In this document: positions 9,472 to 17,657 of the stretch, piece after piece
Position numbering within the stretch: the first letter of the stretch is position 1
Layout: the number at the start of each line of letters is the position of its first letter
Assembly: GCA_944384555.1 (NCBI GenBank)
Contig: CALWTV010000267.1
Coordinates: 1-34,895 of the forward strand
DNA: 34,895 nucleotides
Direction: 5' to 3'
Source: an uncultured Clostridia bacterium
Lineage (GTDB): Bacteria; Bacillota; Clostridia; Oscillospirales; CAG-272
Position numbers and translations under genes: made by a program
The notes under the pieces: model-generated
Seen by the model: the letters and a program-made list of their open reading frames with translations, nothing else
What the model was told of the DNA's origin: nothing
Databases searched by the model: none

Positions 9472-10419
9472 ATGAAAAAGCGACTTTTTGCAGTATTTTC
9501 AGCTATGTCAATTGTATTGTGTTCTGTTAATATATTAATTTCATGTAATGAAAGTACTGGTTTGGATAATACTGAAACATCAATAAGCGAAGTAGTGGGA
9601 AATGAACAAGTTTCAAATGACATTCTTACTCTTGCTTCAAATAATACTTCTGATTATTATATAGTTAGGAGTGATATGGACGATGGCGTTGAAAAAGAGG
9701 CGGCAGTAAAACTTAGAAATACATTAGATGAAAAAACAGGTGCTTCTTTTGGTATTACTACTGACTGGGAAAAGAATGAAGTGTATGAATGTGAAATAAT
9801 TGTGGGTTCAACTGAACGTGAAAAAACAGAAAATGTAGAGATTGACAGGATAGCTCTCGGTAAAAATGGATTTATTATAAAAGCCGTAGATAAAAAAATA
9901 TTTATCTGCGGAGGTTCAGATGAGGGAACAGTATTGGGAGTAAATTACTTTATAGATACTTTCGCAAGTGATGAAACCTCAACACTTACGATACCGGCAA
10001 ATTATGAATATGTACAGTATCAGGAATATGATATAAAATCTCTGACCATATGCGGAAATGACATATCACAATATACGATAGTATACGATAATGACAATTT
10101 TAAAGAATCCGCAGAACTGCTCCAAAGTTCAGTATATGAGAAAACGGGAAAAATGCTGAATATTTCTGAAAAAGACGCTTTCGGTGGTGATAAATCAATC
10201 TTGATATCATCAGATTCGCCCGAAAAAAACGGAGTTCATTATGTTACTGTAAAAGATGGCTCACTTATTTTTTCAACCAGCGCTGAAACTGGAATGACGG
10301 CATGCGTGTCCGCTTTTATTTCTGAATATATGAGTGATGCTTTCGGCTCATACAATATAAGTGAAGGATTTATATACGCCACTCTTGGAGATTATATAAC
10401 AATAAAAGCTCCTAAATAA
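9472..10419 (+). CDS. secreted lipoprotein with two tandem GH20b/DUF4838-N-terminal-like domains and no catalytic domain
   Basis: Signal peptide plus lipobox (LISC). Two repeats follow the pattern YxIV...AA..L...L...TG...I...(I)ivG....GF.I......I.GG...G...GV..F, as in the non-catalytic N-domain of beta-hexosaminidase/DUF4838 proteins. Confidence 0.5.
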   Translation: MKKRLFAVFSAMSIVLCSVNILISCNESTGLDNTETSISEVVGNEQVSNDILTLASNNTSDYYIVRSDMDDGVEKEAAVKLRNTLDEKTGASFGITTDWEKNEVYECEIIVGSTEREKTENVEIDRIALGKNGFIIKAVDKKIFICGGSDEGTVLGVNYFIDTFASDETSTLTIPANYEYVQYQEYDIKSLTICGNDISQYTIVYDNDNFKESAELLQSSVYEKTGKMLNISEKDAFGGDKSILISSDSPEKNGVHYVTVKDGSLIFSTSAETGMTACVSAFISEYMSDAFGSYNISEGFIYATLGDYITIKAPK

Positions 10420-10446
10420 TATTTTTATGAAGGATAAATAATTTAT

Positions 10447-12333
10447 ATGAAAAAAAATTTATTGCTAACTGCGGCCGCGATGTCAATGCTGCTAATGTTT
10501 TCATCATGTCAAAACAGCACTGTGTCAGAAAATGTTACTCAATCAGAAAATATAAATGTTGCTCCGTCGGATATCATTGAAAAAGTAGTTGCACTCTATG
10601 ATAGCTCAACTCTTCCGGAGTCAATTCAGTTTGAAAAAAATGTATCTGAAGACGATGATAAATATCTTGAACCGGATATGGCGGGTACGTATTTCTATGA
10701 TGAATACGCAAAGGAAATTCCGATATTATCAAAACTTGAGGATTACTGCCTTTATATGCCTAATTCAAAGCGTGTATTTGAAGTAGATATTTTAAAAGTA
10801 GCGGATAAAGCAGATATAGATGAAGCGAAAGAATTGCTTGAAGCGCGCCTTGCTTTGAAAAATAACGGAGATGTGCATACTTATGCGCCTGATGAAGTTC
10901 CGTATCTTGAAGCGGCTGAAATTTATAATATTGGAAATTATGTAATTTTGCTTGCGACTACTGATAATTCTTTGGCACGTCCAGTTATAGAGGAAATGTT
11001 ATCAGCACCTCAATCATCTGAAGAAAATACTTCCGAAAATACTGATACTGATAATTCGGTTGTTGAATCATCTGCGGAAACTATAAATAAAGAAGATGTA
11101 AAAGAATTTGAAAGCATTATAAATGTTGACATTACCGAGTCGGCTGACAATACACAGTCAGAAAGCGAAAATGTATCTCCTGAAACTGAAAAAACTGAGC
11201 CTCCTGTTATATCGGTAGTATCTCATAACGACAATACAAAGTTGTTTATATGTGGAACATGTACAGAGGGTTCAGTTATCCATATGCGCGGAGGAGTTTC
11301 TGATTTAACATATACATCTGATGATGGACATTTTATGGGCAATGTGGAACTTAACAGCGATGGTATTAACACAATATATGTTACAGCAGAAGAAGACGGA
11401 AAAGCGGAAAGCGAGCCATATATAATAGATGCGCTTGCGAGAACAGATGTTACTGTACCTCAAACGGCAGGTACATATAACGTAATAGTTGGTGACAATT
11501 ATCAGTGCTTTGTACAGGACGAGGTTGAGGATTTTACAGGGGCTAATATTTTTTCTGAATCTCAAATTGAATCAATTCAGAAAAATGTAGAGGACAAGGT
11601 TAAATTTTTGCAGTCTGGCGGGAGAAATGCCGAACTTATATATTTAATAGCACCGATACCGATGAATATATATCCCGAAAATGTACCTGATGAATATAAA
11701 CAGGCGACTGGAATAACCCGAGCTCAGCAATTTGAAAAGCTTGCTACTGATGCCGGTGCTACGGTTATAAATCTCACTGATGTATTTATGGAACATAAAA
11801 ATGATGAATATAAGCTTTATCATAAGACAGATACTCACTGGACTCATTATGGTGCATATCTCGGCTACCGTGAGCTTATGAATCATATAGGCGAAAAATT
11901 TGAAGACGCAAAACCCAGACCGATTGAGGATTTTGAATTCTATAAAGAGCGTGTTATGGGAGGCGATATGCCAATTAATCTCGGTATAAGTCCGGAATAT
12001 ATGATTGAAAACTGTACATTCGCAAGATATAATTTTGAATCCAAGTATGATATAAATATATATTTTGAGGGGACAAACCGTCTTGATAATGCGTTGATGC
12101 AGAATCCAATTATAACAAAAAATGAAGATTCATCTAAGAATTTACCTCGTGCCTATATTTTTCGAGATTCATATGGAACAAATCCATTTGTCATGATAAG
12201 CGACAGATTCTCGGAAATAAGCTGGCAGGGAATGTGGGGATATAATTTTGATAAAGGCAGTATCGCAGATTTCAATCCGGATTATGTAATATATATTATT
12301 ACTGAAAGAGATATACGAGATATATTGGGATAA
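10447..12333 (+). CDS. DUF4358-Ig-like-DHHW/AlgX-type (SGNH-like) fusion lipoprotein, putative extracytoplasmic O-acyl/acetyl-transferase or esterase
   Basis: 628 aa with lipobox (FSSC). The N-terminal ~150 aa fit the DUF4358 pattern. An acidic Ser/Glu/Thr linker and an Ig-like segment follow. The C-terminal domain carries the signature HKTDTHWTHYGAY (DxHW) of the DHHW/AlgJ-AlgX family. Confidence 0.6.
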   Translation: MKKNLLLTAAAMSMLLMFSSCQNSTVSENVTQSENINVAPSDIIEKVVALYDSSTLPESIQFEKNVSEDDDKYLEPDMAGTYFYDEYAKEIPILSKLEDYCLYMPNSKRVFEVDILKVADKADIDEAKELLEARLALKNNGDVHTYAPDEVPYLEAAEIYNIGNYVILLATTDNSLARPVIEEMLSAPQSSEENTSENTDTDNSVVESSAETINKEDVKEFESIINVDITESADNTQSESENVSPETEKTEPPVISVVSHNDNTKLFICGTCTEGSVIHMRGGVSDLTYTSDDGHFMGNVELNSDGINTIYVTAEEDGKAESEPYIIDALARTDVTVPQTAGTYNVIVGDNYQCFVQDEVEDFTGANIFSESQIESIQKNVEDKVKFLQSGGRNAELIYLIAPIPMNIYPENVPDEYKQATGITRAQQFEKLATDAGATVINLTDVFMEHKNDEYKLYHKTDTHWTHYGAYLGYRELMNHIGEKFEDAKPRPIEDFEFYKERVMGGDMPINLGISPEYMIENCTFARYNFESKYDINIYFEGTNRLDNALMQNPIITKNEDSSKNLPRAYIFRDSYGTNPFVMISDRFSEISWQGMWGYNFDKGSIADFNPDYVIYIITERDIRDILG

Positions 12334-12354
12334 AAATGACAGGAGTGTTTTAAA

Positions 12355-13284
12355 TTGAATATAACCCATCTAAAATATGCGGTTGAAGTTTCACGCACTG
12401 GCTCAATATCTCAGGCGGCAGAAAATCTATATATGAGCCAGCCTAATTTAAGCAAGGCAATACGGGAATTTGAAACCTCTCTCGGTTTTTCAATATTCAA
12501 GCGAAATTCAAAAGGAATAGAGCCTACTGAAAAAGGACAGGAATTTTTAAATTATGCCCGTGGAATAATCGCTCAAATTGATGAAATTGAAATGCTTTAT
12601 TCAGGAGAGAATACTCCTAAGGAGAAATTTAATATATCTGTTCCGCGCGCAAGCTATATATCATATGCCTTTACGAAATTCGTAAATAAACTTGCGCCGG
12701 AATCTGAAATTGAGCTTAAATTTAATGAAACTAATTCTATTTCAGCCGTAAACAATATTTGCGACGAAGATTACAGTCTAGGAATTATACGTTGCCAGAC
12801 TAAAAACAATGAATTTTATTTTCGTTTGCTGAAAGATAAGGGTATGTCATATAAAATGCTGTTTGAGTTTGAATACAGACTGCTTTTATCAAAAGACAGC
12901 CGTTTTGCTCAGTACGATGTTGTTCCTGCAAATGTGCTTTCGGAGGGAATAGAAATAGTGCATGGCGATTTGAAAGTACCGTTTCTTTCCAATAAAGAAG
13001 TTATTACAGATTCAGTGAAGCCCACAAAAAAGAAAATTTATGTATATGAACGAGGTAGCCAGTTTGACTTGCTCCGAAACGTAGACAATACCTATATGTG
13101 GGTATCTCCTATGCCGGAAGATACGCTTAAAAATTATGGTCTTATTCAAAAAAACAGTACCGCACAACGTAATAAATATAATGATATATTAGTATATGAA
13201 AAAAATCATCGTTTCTCCGACAATGAAACTTCTTTTTTGCATGAATTAGACAATGTAAAAAAAGAAATATCAAGAATAATATAG
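12355..13284 (+). CDS. LysR family transcriptional regulator
   Basis: 309 aa. N-terminal wHTH: L.Y...V...GS.S.AA..L..SQP.LS..I..(F/L)E..LG...F.R. TTG start 9 nt after AGGAG. Confidence 0.85.
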   Translation: MNITHLKYAVEVSRTGSISQAAENLYMSQPNLSKAIREFETSLGFSIFKRNSKGIEPTEKGQEFLNYARGIIAQIDEIEMLYSGENTPKEKFNISVPRASYISYAFTKFVNKLAPESEIELKFNETNSISAVNNICDEDYSLGIIRCQTKNNEFYFRLLKDKGMSYKMLFEFEYRLLLSKDSRFAQYDVVPANVLSEGIEIVHGDLKVPFLSNKEVITDSVKPTKKKIYVYERGSQFDLLRNVDNTYMWVSPMPEDTLKNYGLIQKNSTAQRNKYNDILVYEKNHRFSDNETSFLHELDNVKKEISRII

Positions 13285-13290
13285 AAAATA

Positions 13291-13333
13291 AACAGACATT
13301 ATCTATATATTAGTTAATGCCTGTTATTTTTTT
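13291..13333 (+). terminator. rho-independent terminator after the LysR gene
   Basis: AACAGACATTA (13291-13301) pairs with TAATGCCTGTT (13315-13325) with one mismatch, followed by ATTTTTTT. Confidence 0.7.
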
Positions 13334-13404
13334 ATATACAAATCGATATTTTTATATCGATAAAAATATATAAATAAATATATATCGATATAACCTATTT
13401 ATAT

Positions 13405-13433
13405 TTCAAATCATAAATAATATGTGATATAAT
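13405..13433 (+). promoter_or_regulatory. candidate rex promoter (TTCAAA-17 nt-TGaTATAAT)
   Basis: Extended -10 TGATATAAT ends at 13433, with a weak -35 TTCAAA at 13405-13410. The -10 is embedded in the TGTGAT/ATCACA palindrome. Confidence 0.4.
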
Positions 13434-13469
13434 ATAATCACAAGGTAAAAGGACAAGAGGTGAGAATGA

Positions 13470-14105
13470 ATGAATCAGTCGGTATCAAAAGCAACTTTGG
13501 GGCGACTTCCCATGTACCTTAGCTATTTGAAATCTATCCCGACAAAAGAAGTTACTAATATTTCTGCCGCTTCCATCGCTGAAGCTCTTAATCTGCATCC
13601 GGTTCAGGTTCGCAAGGATCTCGCCCTTATATCAGAAGGCGGAAAACCTAAAACAGGCTATGTTGCCGAAAATCTTTTAAGAGATCTTGAAAAATTTCTC
13701 GGATACAATAACGTAAACTGCGCGGTAATCGTTGGAGTAGGACATCTCGGACAGGCTCTGATGTCATACGAAGGTTTCAGTCAGTACGGTTTGAAAATAG
13801 TCGCTACTTTTGATGTGAAGGATACCTTGATTGACAAAGAAATTCATGGCAAAAAAGTTTTCTCCATTGATAAAATCCCTTATCTTTGTCCCAGACTTTG
13901 TGCCAATATAGGAATAATTACTGTACCTGCTGAAGCGGCTCAGTCCGTATGCGACAAACTTGTAGAAGCAGGTATACGGGCAATTTGGAATTTTGCTCCG
14001 GTGATTTTGAATGTTCCGGAGGGAATACTTGTTCAAAATGAAAATATGGCGGCATCGCTTGCTGTATTATCGAATCATTTATCAGAAACCATGAACAAAA
14101 GCTGA
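13470..14105 (+). CDS. rex: redox-sensing transcriptional repressor Rex
   Basis: 211 aa. N-terminal ATLGRLPMYLSYL wHTH followed by the Rossmann motif VGVGHLGQAL, which is characteristic Rex architecture. AGAGGTGA RBS. Confidence 0.9.
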   Translation: MNQSVSKATLGRLPMYLSYLKSIPTKEVTNISAASIAEALNLHPVQVRKDLALISEGGKPKTGYVAENLLRDLEKFLGYNNVNCAVIVGVGHLGQALMSYEGFSQYGLKIVATFDVKDTLIDKEIHGKKVFSIDKIPYLCPRLCANIGIITVPAEAAQSVCDKLVEAGIRAIWNFAPVILNVPEGILVQNENMAASLAVLSNHLSETMNKS

Positions 14106-14173
14106 GATTTTAATAATTTAATTAATTTTAAATTTGTATATTAAAATAAACCATATATAGAGGAGAAAAACCA

Positions 14174-16795
14174 ATGAGTGATAACAAAACAAACATTGTA
14201 AACACTGATATTGTAAACAATGGAGAAGCATTGGCAGCAAAAATTGCGCAGATAAGAGAAGCGCAGAAGAAATTTGCAACCTATACTCAGGAGCAGGTTG
14301 ACGCTATTTTTGCGGCAGCCGCATCAGCAGCCAACAAACAGCGTATACCTTTAGCTAAAATGGCAGTTGAAGAAACTGGTATGGGTGTTGTTGAAGATAA
14401 GGTAATCAAAAATCATTATGCGGCTGAGTACATTTACAACGCATATAAAAATACCAAAACATGCGGAGTAATTGAAGAAGATACCGCATATGGCATTAAG
14501 AAAATTGCTGAACCTATCGGTGTAATCGCAGCAGTTATTCCTACTACAAACCCTACATCTACTGCAATATTTAAAACTCTTATAGCTCTCAAAACCCGCA
14601 ATGGTATTATAATCAGCCCTCACCCCAGAGCAAAAGCTTGTACAATCGCAGCAGCTAAAGTTGTATATGAAGCAGCAGTTGCAGCTGGCGCTCCCGAAGG
14701 CATTATCGGTTGGATTGACGTTCCTTCACTTGAACTTACAACCACAGTTATGAAAGAAGCTGACATAATCCTCGCAACAGGTGGTCCCGGCATGGTTAAA
14801 TCCGCATATTCTTCTGGTAAACCTGCTGTCGGTGTAGGTGCGGGAAATACACCTGCTATCATTGACGATACCGCAGATATTCTTGTTGCTGTAAACTCAA
14901 TCATTCATTCAAAGACATTTGATAATGGTATGATTTGTGCTTCAGAACAGTCAGTAATCGTGCTTGAACCTGTTTACGAAAAGGTAAAAGCTGAATTTAA
15001 GGCTCGCGGCTGCTATTTCCTCAACCCCGATGAAACTGAAAAAGTTCGTAAAACTATATTAATCAACGGTGCGCTTAATGCTAAAATCGTTGGTCAGAGC
15101 GCACACAAAATTGCTGAACTTGCTGGAGTTTCTGTTCCTGAAAAAACAAAAATCCTTATCGGTGAAGTTGAAAGCGTAGAACTTGAAGAAGAGTTCGCAC
15201 ATGAAAAACTTTCTCCCGTACTTGCAATGTATAAGGCTAAATCCTTTACAGACGCACTTGATAAAGCAGAGCATCTTATCGCTGACGGTGGTTACGGTCA
15301 TACATCTTCCGTTTATCTCAACGCTACTACCGAAAAAGATAAACTCGCTGAGTTCAGCGCAAGAATGAAGACTTGCCGAATCCTTGTAAATACTCCTTCA
15401 TCACAAGGCGGTATCGGTGACCTTTACAACTTTAAACTTGCTCCGTCACTTACCCTCGGATGCGGTTCTTGGGGCGGCAACTCCGTTTCTGAAAACGTTG
15501 GAGTTAAACACCTTATCAATATCAAAACAGTAGCCGAGAGGAGAGAAAATATGCTTTGGTTCCGCACACCTTCAAAGGTTTATATGAAGAAAGGTTGTCT
15601 GCCCGTTGCTCTTGATGAGCTTAAGCACGTTATGGACAAGAAGAAAGTCTTCATAGTAACTGATGAATTCTTATACAAAAACAATTACACAAAGGCAATT
15701 ACAGATAAACTTGATGAAATGGGTATTCGTCATACCACATTCTGCGATGTTGCTCCCGACCCGTCACTTGCATGTGCTCTCGAAGGCGCTAAGGCAATGC
15801 GTTCATTTGAGCCTGACTGCATTATCGCACTCGGTGGTGGTTCCGCTATGGACGCAGGTAAAATTATGTGGGTAATGTACGAGCATCCCGAAGTTGACTT
15901 TATGGATATGGCGATGAGATTCGTTGATATTCGTAAGAGAGTATATACATTCCCGAAGATGGGCGAAAAAGCATTCTTTATTGCTGTTCCTACATCTGCT
16001 GGTACAGGTTCCGAAGTTACTCCGTTCGCGGTTATTACCGATGAAAAGACCGGTATTAAATATCCGCTTGCAGATTACGAACTTCTCCCCAATATGGCTA
16101 TCATTGACGCAGACCTTATGATGAATATGCCTCGCGGTCTTACAAGTGCATCAGGTATTGACGCAATGACTCATGCTCTCGAAGCATATGTCGCAATGCT
16201 CGCAACTCCTTATACAGACGGTCTTGCTCTTGAAGCACTTAAGCTTATCTTCAAATATCTGCCCAGAGCATACAATGATGGTGCTCATGACCCTGAAGCA
16301 AGAGAACAGATGGCTAATGCTTCAACTATGGCAGGTATGGCATTCGCAAACGCATTCCTCGGTGTATGCCACTCATTGGCTCATAAGCTCGGTGCGTTCC
16401 ATCATTTACCTCACGGTGTTGCAAATGCACTTATGATTAACGAAGTTATGAAATTCAATGCCGTTGATACTCCTGTTAAGATGGGAACATTCCCGCAGTA
16501 CGCTTATCCGCATACACTTGAAAGATATGCTCAGATTGCTGACGCTCTCGGACTCGGCGGCAAGACAAATGAAGAAAAATTCCAGAATCTGCTTAATGCA
16601 ATTGAAAAACTTAAAGAGACTGTTGGCATAAAGAAAACAATTAAAGATTACGGCGTTGACGAAGCTGACTTCCTTGCACGCCTTGATGAAATGGTTGAGC
16701 AGGCATTCGATGACCAGTGCACCGGCGCTAACCCCAGATACCCGCTTATGAGCGAGCTTAAAGAAATGTACCTTAATGCATATTACGGTAAATGA
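14174..16795 (+). CDS. adhE: bifunctional acetaldehyde-CoA/alcohol dehydrogenase
   Basis: 873 aa. N-terminal ALDH domain (catalytic MICASEQS) fused to a C-terminal iron-type ADH (GGGSAMDAGK, His-rich HSLAHKLGAFHHLPHG). Strong GAGGAGA RBS. Confidence 0.95.
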   Translation: MSDNKTNIVNTDIVNNGEALAAKIAQIREAQKKFATYTQEQVDAIFAAAASAANKQRIPLAKMAVEETGMGVVEDKVIKNHYAAEYIYNAYKNTKTCGVIEEDTAYGIKKIAEPIGVIAAVIPTTNPTSTAIFKTLIALKTRNGIIISPHPRAKACTIAAAKVVYEAAVAAGAPEGIIGWIDVPSLELTTTVMKEADIILATGGPGMVKSAYSSGKPAVGVGAGNTPAIIDDTADILVAVNSIIHSKTFDNGMICASEQSVIVLEPVYEKVKAEFKARGCYFLNPDETEKVRKTILINGALNAKIVGQSAHKIAELAGVSVPEKTKILIGEVESVELEEEFAHEKLSPVLAMYKAKSFTDALDKAEHLIADGGYGHTSSVYLNATTEKDKLAEFSARMKTCRILVNTPSSQGGIGDLYNFKLAPSLTLGCGSWGGNSVSENVGVKHLINIKTVAERRENMLWFRTPSKVYMKKGCLPVALDELKHVMDKKKVFIVTDEFLYKNNYTKAITDKLDEMGIRHTTFCDVAPDPSLACALEGAKAMRSFEPDCIIALGGGSAMDAGKIMWVMYEHPEVDFMDMAMRFVDIRKRVYTFPKMGEKAFFIAVPTSAGTGSEVTPFAVITDEKTGIKYPLADYELLPNMAIIDADLMMNMPRGLTSASGIDAMTHALEAYVAMLATPYTDGLALEALKLIFKYLPRAYNDGAHDPEAREQMANASTMAGMAFANAFLGVCHSLAHKLGAFHHLPHGVANALMINEVMKFNAVDTPVKMGTFPQYAYPHTLERYAQIADALGLGGKTNEEKFQNLLNAIEKLKETVGIKKTIKDYGVDEADFLARLDEMVEQAFDDQCTGANPRYPLMSELKEMYLNAYYGK

Positions 16796-16821
16796 GTTTT
16801 TGAAAGAAAGGTGCAATATTG

Positions 16822-17571
16822 ATGAATTTAGATAGAGTTATAGCAGTAAGAAATGATAAAACCGTATATCGTGACGGTGATCTTGCAATCAAGGTTTTTA
16901 ACGAAGACTATTCAAAGGCAAATGTATTGAACGAGGCATTAAATCAATCGAGAGTTGAGGAAACCGGACTTGCAATTCCGAAAATTCATGAAGTTACCCT
17001 GATTGACGGTAAATGGGCAATCGTTTATGATTATATCAAAGGCAAAACTCTCGCAGAGCTTATGGAAAAAAATCCTGACAAAATGGACGAATATCTTGAG
17101 CTTTTCGTAAATCTTCAGATTGAAATGCACTCTAAAAAAGCTCCTATGCTCGGTAAATTAAAAGATAAGATGACTCGTAAAATCAGCGAATCATCACTTG
17201 ACGCTACCACAAGATATGAACTCCATATGCGTCTTGATTCCATGCCTAAGCACGATAAGGTATGCCACGGCGACTATAACCCCAGTAATATAATCATTAC
17301 AGATGATGGCACTCCTTATATTCTTGACTGGTCTCATGCAACTCAAGGCAATGCTTCTGCGGACGTTGCACGCACTTACCTCCTGTTCTGCCTTGCTGGA
17401 GATAAGGAACTTGCAGATAAATATCTTAAGTTATTCTGTCAGAAGAGCGATACCCCTGTTCAGTATGTGAACAAATGGCTCCCGATTGTAGCCGCATCAC
17501 AATCAGTTAAAGGCAAACCCGAAGAACGTGAATTCCTCCTCAAATGGGTTAACGTTGTAGAGTACGAATAA
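16822..17571 (+). CDS. APH/choline-kinase family phosphotransferase (protein-kinase-like fold), substrate unknown
   Basis: About 249 aa. Brenner-type catalytic motif CHGDYNPSNIII followed by YILDW (HxDxxxxN...D). AAAGGTG RBS 7 nt before ATG 16822; the track begins one codon earlier at TTG 16819. Only 26 nt lie between the adhE stop and this start. Confidence 0.7.
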   Translation: MNLDRVIAVRNDKTVYRDGDLAIKVFNEDYSKANVLNEALNQSRVEETGLAIPKIHEVTLIDGKWAIVYDYIKGKTLAELMEKNPDKMDEYLELFVNLQIEMHSKKAPMLGKLKDKMTRKISESSLDATTRYELHMRLDSMPKHDKVCHGDYNPSNIIITDDGTPYILDWSHATQGNASADVARTYLLFCLAGDKELADKYLKLFCQKSDTPVQYVNKWLPIVAASQSVKGKPEEREFLLKWVNVVEYE

Positions 17572-17581
17572 TTATTGTTAT

Positions 17582-17621
17582 GAGGAGGCAGCTTGATAAA
17601 AGTTACCTCCTCTAATTTTTT
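17582..17621 (+). terminator. rho-independent terminator or attenuator between the kinase gene and the hydrogenase-sensor cluster
   Basis: GAGGAGG (17582-17588) pairs with CCTCCTC (17606-17612), followed by TAATTTTTT. Confidence 0.75.
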
Positions 17622-17657
17622 ACATAAAATAATTTATATTTTAAAGGAGACTTGAAA

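Noticed and set aside
14106-14173. A canonical Rex operator upstream of adhE, and also upstream of the ferredoxin/hydS genes (17572-17657).
   Set aside because: No TTGTGAA-N4-TTCACAA or TTGTTAA-N4-TTAACAA type inverted repeat is present. There are only AT-rich runs of TTAA repeats without dyad symmetry.
14351-16816. Several 60-136-aa ORFs antisense to, or out of frame within, adhE (for example 14620-14904 and 16406-16816).
   Set aside because: They lie entirely inside the strongly supported 873-aa adhE frame and have no RBS. Their low-complexity, odd composition is typical of shadow ORFs.
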